From: Candidatus Bathyarchaeia archaeon
GTDB taxonomy: Archaea; Thermoproteota; Bathyarchaeia; Bathyarchaeales; Bathycorpusculaceae
Reading direction: 5' to 3'
Assembly: GCA_049515895.1 (NCBI GenBank)
Contig: JBEKTQ010000007.1
Coordinates: 1-64,000 of the forward strand
Length of the DNA stretch: 64,000 bases
This document shows positions 59,260-64,000 of the stretch, piece after piece (the stretch's first letter is position 1; each line of letters begins with the position of its first letter). Position numbers and translations under genes: made by a program. Under the pieces are notes generated by a model that worked only from the letters and a program-made list of their open reading frames with translations, was not told the origin of the DNA and ran no database searches.

Positions 59260-59441
59260 TGTTAGACCTGCACGAGAATGTTAACTTGTTCCATCCTTAA
59301 TGTCTTACTGTAAAACCTCTCTTTCTGTTAACGGATAGGCAGGAAACAGTTTTTCATATCCGAGTAAACATTTAAGGTTTTCTTGTGAAGTATTTTAAGG
59401 AGTCCAATCATTAACCAACACAGGAAAGGAAGGGAAAGAAA

Positions 59442-59813
59442 TTGGAAAGGGCAAATGTTACAAAGGAAGAAATCCAGCAGCAAGACACTCGTTTCTTGGC
59501 AGTTTATGTTGAATCAAAGAATTCCTGTATGGTAATGTTGAGCGAAAGAGAAGACAAGCTTGGAACATTAGCGATAGCTGTTCCCAAACCCAAAGAAGGC
59601 GTTGGCGCTGTCACGTCCTCTGTGCTTCTCGGCGACAAAAACATTATTTCGGCGCGGATGTTTGCTGAGTATGTTGCTTCTAAGAAGGGAAAAATTGCCC
59701 TTGTTTCAGTTTACCTTGAGAAAGTGGGCGAAATTCAGGCCCAGGGATTCTTCAATAAGCTTATTGACAAGCTCATTAAAAGCGAAAACCAAAAGGAGCC
59801 TACTGCAACCTGA
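59442..59813 (+). CDS. Hypothetical protein
   Basis: 123-aa ORF with purine-rich upstream region; KLGTLAIAVP..SSVLLG. Confidence 0.65.
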   Translation: MERANVTKEEIQQQDTRFLAVYVESKNSCMVMLSEREDKLGTLAIAVPKPKEGVGAVTSSVLLGDKNIISARMFAEYVASKKGKIALVSVYLEKVGEIQAQGFFNKLIDKLIKSENQKEPTAT

Positions 59814-59839
59814 TAAAAACGCAGGCTGGAAAGCTTGCC

Positions 59840-60352
59840 GTGAAACAGGGAAATCCCATGATTTACCAATTGGCAACCGCCGATATTCCAGCAATCCTAA
59901 GCGTGGTAAACAGCGCCGCAATCGCCTATAAAGGGAAAATCCCAAGTGACGCATGGAAAGAGCCTTACATGCCAGAGCAAGAGCTTGAAGAAGAGATCCG
60001 CAGTGGCGTGAAATTTTACGGCTGCAAAGACAACGACGTTTTAATGGCAGTTATGGGAATCCAACGTGTGCGGGATGTAACTTTGATTAGGCATGCTTAT
60101 GTGCTGCCGGCCATGCAGCGTAGAGGCTTGGGGCAAAAATTGTTGGAGCATTTGATGGGTTTGGCTGCGACACGTCAGGTTTATGTTGGGACATGGGAGA
60201 CTGCAAGCTGGGCTGTGAAATTTTATGAGAAAAACAGGTTTCAACTCGTGCCATCTGCGGAAAAGAACAGGTTGCTAAGGACTTACTGGAGAATTTCGGA
60301 GCGGCAGGTTGAAACGTCAGTAGTGCTCAAACTTAAAAGGCAACTTAGATGA
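59840..60352 (+). CDS. GNAT family N-acetyltransferase
   Basis: IRHAYVLP..QRRGLG..LL, AVKFYEKN.F. Confidence 0.85.
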   Translation: MKQGNPMIYQLATADIPAILSVVNSAAIAYKGKIPSDAWKEPYMPEQELEEEIRSGVKFYGCKDNDVLMAVMGIQRVRDVTLIRHAYVLPAMQRRGLGQKLLEHLMGLAATRQVYVGTWETASWAVKFYEKNRFQLVPSAEKNRLLRTYWRISERQVETSVVLKLKRQLR

Positions 60353-61440
60353 AAGAAACCTTATTGCTCAAAGTTGACTCTCAAAATCCAGATGCTTCCA
60401 AAATACAGGTTGCTGCGAAATTCATCCGCAAAGGCGGGTTAGTAGCTTTTCCCACCGAGACTGTCTATGGTTTAGGCGCAGATGCTCTGAATGCTGATGC
60501 TGTTTTATCGCTTTTCGAAGCTAAAAAGCGGCCTTTAGATAATCCTCCAATCGTTCACATCGCAGACCCTAAGGAAATCTACAGGCTGGTTGAAGAAGTG
60601 CCGAAAAAAGCAGAGTTATTGATGAAACGATTTTGGCCAGGTCCGTTGACGCTGGTTTTTAAGCGTTCAAGCGTCGTCCCTAGCGTGACCGTTGCAGGTT
60701 TAGAAACAGTTGCAGTTCGAATGCCTAAGCATAAAGTGGCTTTAGCGTTGATAAGGCAAAGCGGTTGCCCAATTGCTGCTCCAAGCGCAAACCTTGCGGG
60801 GAAACCCAGCCCTACAACCGCTCAGCATGTTTTTGAGGATTTAAATGGCCGCATCGACGTTATCTTGGACGGTGGCGCCACAGACATCGGGGTTGAATCA
60901 ACTGTTGTGGACTTGAGCGTTGATCCGCCTATGGTTCTTCGGCCAGGCGGAACGTCTTTTGAAGCGTTAAGGCAGGTTTTGGGTGACCTGAGACTTCACC
61001 CTTTCGTTCTTGCTGAGGCTGAGTTGCCCCTGGAAAAGACGCGTTCTCCGGGAATGAGGCATAAGCACTATGCACCTAAAGCGGAAGTAATACTCGTGGA
61101 AGGAAACGTTCCGGAAGTGATTGCCAAGGTCAAGGAGCTGTCTGAATTTTACAGGCTTAAAGGGGTAAAGGTCGGCGTCTTAGCCACTGACGAAACGCAA
61201 ACCAACTACAGGGCCGACGTGATTAAATCGTTAGGAAGCCGCTTTAACTTGGCCGTTGTAGCCCAGAGCCTTTTCCGCTTATTGAGAGAAATTGATGCGG
61301 AAAATGTCGGCGTCATAATTGCTGAAAGTGTTTCTTCTGAAGGGCTCGGATTAGCCGTCATGAACAGGCTTCGCAAAGCGTCAGGCTACCACATCGTCAA
61401 AGCAAACTCAGCTCAAGATTCAAGCGGAACGCAAGCTTAG
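60349..61440 (+). CDS. sua5: Threonylcarbamoyl-AMP synthase Sua5 (TsaC2)
   Basis: VAFPTETVYGLGA, KKRP.DNPPIVH, FWPGPLT, AAPSAN..GKPSPT, GVESTV, SPGMRHKHYAP. Confidence 0.95.
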   Translation: MKETLLLKVDSQNPDASKIQVAAKFIRKGGLVAFPTETVYGLGADALNADAVLSLFEAKKRPLDNPPIVHIADPKEIYRLVEEVPKKAELLMKRFWPGPLTLVFKRSSVVPSVTVAGLETVAVRMPKHKVALALIRQSGCPIAAPSANLAGKPSPTTAQHVFEDLNGRIDVILDGGATDIGVESTVVDLSVDPPMVLRPGGTSFEALRQVLGDLRLHPFVLAEAELPLEKTRSPGMRHKHYAPKAEVILVEGNVPEVIAKVKELSEFYRLKGVKVGVLATDETQTNYRADVIKSLGSRFNLAVVAQSLFRLLREIDAENVGVIIAESVSSEGLGLAVMNRLRKASGYHIVKANSAQDSSGTQA

Positions 61441-61731
61441 CAGCGACGAATTTGGCTGTGATGCCAGCGGCTGGCGCAACTAAACCCGTATTCTATTTTT
61501 TGGACTTTCCACGTATCAGCAGTTGCAACCCTTGAAGTAAAAAAGTTAATCTGAAAATGCCCTCAGAGCCCTTATGGAAAAACGATTATATAACTTAATC
61601 ACGACGAGAAACAAGTATTATTTATCGCTCTTGGCTCTCTGCACGGGCTGCGCCCGGGATTCTCTCCGAGTGAAGCAGTACATCAACGACGAGGGAAGTA
61701 ACCCCCAAAGATTTTTCCAACAGCCACACAT

Positions 61732-62331
61732 TCAATTTGCCAGTTGATACACATTTGCATTTGTTAGTTCATAAGCAGCTGTTGTAGTTCCATTTGAAAA
61801 CAATGAGGCAAAAGCGTTGGAAGTATCTTTAACTGAGAATGTTATGGTGAAGTTTTGAGGATTTCCTATGGGCATAATGTCAACGTATTTGTCTTGCATC
61901 CCAGATTGACCTTTAGTTTCAGAAAGAAAAGTAGCTGTTGTTCCGTTATGGGTTTGACCATCTGATTCTGAAGCCCAGTTAGGGGCGGTTATATTGTTTG
62001 ACCCATAATTCGAAAACCATGTTATATTCGCATTCTCAGTTGTGAGGACAAGCTGAAGAGATGTATCCATCTTGCCTGTATTTTCCCAACTTAAATCGAT
62101 TATCAGGGGTGTATTCGAATTCACATGAGTATATGTGCTTGGCATTATTGTGGTATAAATCGGACCATAGGGATTAAAATCCCACACCATGGGAACATAC
62201 GCATACCCTGTCATACCGTAATCAATTATTGGTCTTGACTCCCAAACAAAAACTGTCATAGCGATTAAAACTACAGCAATTATTACTGCAAAGGTCAAAA
62301 CAACTGTTCTCTTAGGAAGTGCTTTCATCAT
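61732..62331 (-). CDS. Hypothetical membrane-anchored/secreted protein
   Basis: N-terminal TM, Asn/Thr-rich ectodomain. Confidence 0.65.
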   Translation of the reverse strand: MMKALPKRTVVLTFAVIIAVVLIAMTVFVWESRPIIDYGMTGYAYVPMVWDFNPYGPIYTTIMPSTYTHVNSNTPLIIDLSWENTGKMDTSLQLVLTTENANITWFSNYGSNNITAPNWASESDGQTHNGTTATFLSETKGQSGMQDKYVDIMPIGNPQNFTITFSVKDTSNAFASLFSNGTTTAAYELTNANVYQLAN

Positions 62332-62491
62332 TATCTCTACTACGTTGAGTAAGGTTGTTCTTAATTCTAACTAATAGAACACAGCTAAAACCTTCACAAT
62401 CTTTCCAACATTTGACATCTCAGCTTGTAAGTGAATGGCAAAACATAAATCACGCCTGCTTTGATACTCAATTTATGCGAAGGTAATTTGC

Positions 62492-62983
62492 ATGATAACC
62501 AGAGTAGCTGAGATGACTCTTGCCGGGCTTGCTCTGATTTCTTTGTTGTTTTTTGGCAGCTTTGCCTTGCTTTATCAAATTGCCACTCAATTATGTGAAT
62601 CCATCTTCATTGATTATAGTTGGCTTCTCAACAATATTCGGATTAGCGTTTGGGCTATTTTCTGGACGCTGGTTTACAAAGACCAGCTGAAAAGCTTAAC
62701 AACAAAAGGTGAATGGTTAGGGAAAGAATCAAAAAAATATTTATTTGCCACCATCGCTGGGCTTATGGTATTCCTGCTTGTTTCTTTCTCAGGGATCCTT
62801 CTCAATGCAGGCTCATCCCGCGGGTTTTTCGCAGTAGGCGAATTTTTCTTTGTTATTTCAGCAACCTTCACTTTGTACGTTGAAAGGATGATTCTTATTG
62901 GCAGATGGGAGAGGCAAACTAAAAGAACCATATGGGCGGATTGGAATCACTTTTTTGGAAGACTCTATGTCTCTTTTAGTTGA
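62492..62983 (+). CDS. Hypothetical four-TM membrane protein
   Basis: Four hydrophobic segments in a 163-aa ORF. Confidence 0.6.
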   Translation: MITRVAEMTLAGLALISLLFFGSFALLYQIATQLCESIFIDYSWLLNNIRISVWAIFWTLVYKDQLKSLTTKGEWLGKESKKYLFATIAGLMVFLLVSFSGILLNAGSSRGFFAVGEFFFVISATFTLYVERMILIGRWERQTKRTIWADWNHFFGRLYVSFS

Positions 62984-63016
62984 TCCAAAATAGTTAGTTT
63001 TCGTTTATCTCTAAAG

Positions 63017-64000
63017 TTAGTGCTGTTGACTTGTGGACTTAGTTTTCAATCTCCTTCTAAACATTAAGAAAACCGCTACGGCAACTACAGCGACGACAAT
63101 CAATCCGCCTACTATGATGAAAAGTGTGTTAGACGAAGTAGGCGAGCCAATTGCATAGAAATTGCCGTCCTGAGACCCAATATAGACTACGCCATTAAAG
63201 ATAGCTGGCGAAGAGTTTATCTGGTTTTGAGTAGGAAAAACCCACACTTGAGACCCCGTCGTGGCGTTAAGGGCATAAACATCCTCATAACCCCCCACAT
63301 AAACCACCCCTTCTGCAACAGCGGCAGAGGACAAAATGCGAGGAATATTGGCTTTCCATATTTGCGTGCCCGTTGAAGCGTTAAGAGCATACATGACGCC
63401 ATCCACCGAACCCACATAAACTACTCCATTAACTACTGCGGGAGAAGCTTGAACCCCATAATAGTAGCCTCCTGCATACAAGTTGGTTGGGTAGGTGTAG
63501 AAACTCCATACTTTGGCACCCGTTGATGCGTTAAGAGCGTAAATGTTGCCACCTACGGAGCCCACATAAACAATTCCTTCACTAACGGAAGGCGAAGACG
63601 TTACTCGGTTGCCCGTTGTGTAGAGGGGTTGGATGCTTGTTGTGTAGTTCCAAATTTTGGCGCCTGTTAAGGCATTAAGCGCATAAACGTTGCCATCGTC
63701 TGAGCCCACATAAACAACTCCGTTTACGACCGCAGGTGAAGACTCAATCTCGCCTCCAGAAGTGTAGTTCCACAATTTAGTGCCCGTTGAAGCGTTGAGA
63801 GCGTAAACATTGCTGTCGAGTGAGCCTATGTAAACTACACCGTTGACCATGTCTGGTGAAGAATCAATCCTGTCGCCAATTGGGTAGCTCCATATTTTGG
63901 CGCCTGTTGAAGCGTTAAAGGCACAAACGTTGTTGCCTGCACCGATATACAGCACGTTTCCAGACACAGCAGGAGACGAATACACTGCGCTGTTGATTGA
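63017..64000 (-). CDS. PQQ-like beta-propeller repeat protein with C-terminal TM (5' part outside window)
   Basis: SSPAV.NGVVYVGS.D..YALNA.TG..IW repeats; frame open to the window edge. Confidence 0.88.
   Translation of the reverse strand, partial: SINSAVYSSPAVSGNVLYIGAGNNVCAFNASTGAKIWSYPIGDRIDSSPDMVNGVVYIGSLDSNVYALNASTGTKLWNYTSGGEIESSPAVVNGVVYVGSDDGNVYALNALTGAKIWNYTTSIQPLYTTGNRVTSSPSVSEGIVYVGSVGGNIYALNASTGAKVWSFYTYPTNLYAGGYYYGVQASPAVVNGVVYVGSVDGVMYALNASTGTQIWKANIPRILSSAAVAEGVVYVGGYEDVYALNATTGSQVWVFPTQNQINSSPAIFNGVVYIGSQDGNFYAIGSPTSSNTLFIIVGGLIVVAVVAVAVFLMFRRRLKTKSTSQQH

Noticed and set aside
61441-61731. Cobalamin riboswitch or ncRNA (also checked 121-289 and 49203-49561)
   Set aside because: Only short isolated hairpins; no B12-box consensus recognised
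1-64000. Genome-wide TAG reassignment (pyrrolysine-type code)
   Set aside because: Many genes end in TAG at their expected C-termini (e.g. 4041, 14382, 17060, 31068, 41957, 50248), and no pyl genes are in the window

Overview
Archaeal chromosomal segment, most likely Bathyarchaeia. This is inferred from the expanded secreted PQQ-like beta-propeller proteins, a tandem Lrp/AsnC regulator, archaeal CobY/CobT, prefoldin beta, Sua5 and frequent TTG/GTG starts. The left half (0.3-32 kb) is an unusually dense cluster of eight cobalamin-binding radical SAM paralogs, interleaved with three diverged DUF71/Dph6-like PP-loop ATPases, a HemN-like and a SPASM radical SAM, a methyltransferase, an amidohydrolase, cbiB and three membrane-anchored beta-propeller proteins. 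The middle (32-53 kb) mixes cobamide nucleotide-loop genes (cobD, cobT, two cobS-cobY pairs, a fourth canonical DUF71) with five glycosyltransferases, an epimerase, a UbiA/DGGGP-synthase-like prenyltransferase and a Gms-like radical SAM. The prenyltransferase lies in frame with a tetraether-synthase (Tes)-like radical SAM, separated by a single TAG. This part also holds a frameshifted long Pro/Thr-repeat surface protein and a catalase remnant. The right end is mostly housekeeping (EndoIV-like, ECF module, DHH, prefoldin beta, Sua5). Best candidate for an undescribed system: a B12-dependent radical-SAM plus DUF71 amide-ligase tailoring island coupled to a duplicated, partly degenerate CobS/CobY module and tetraether-lipid genes. 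All functional calls come from motif recognition by eye; no searches were run.
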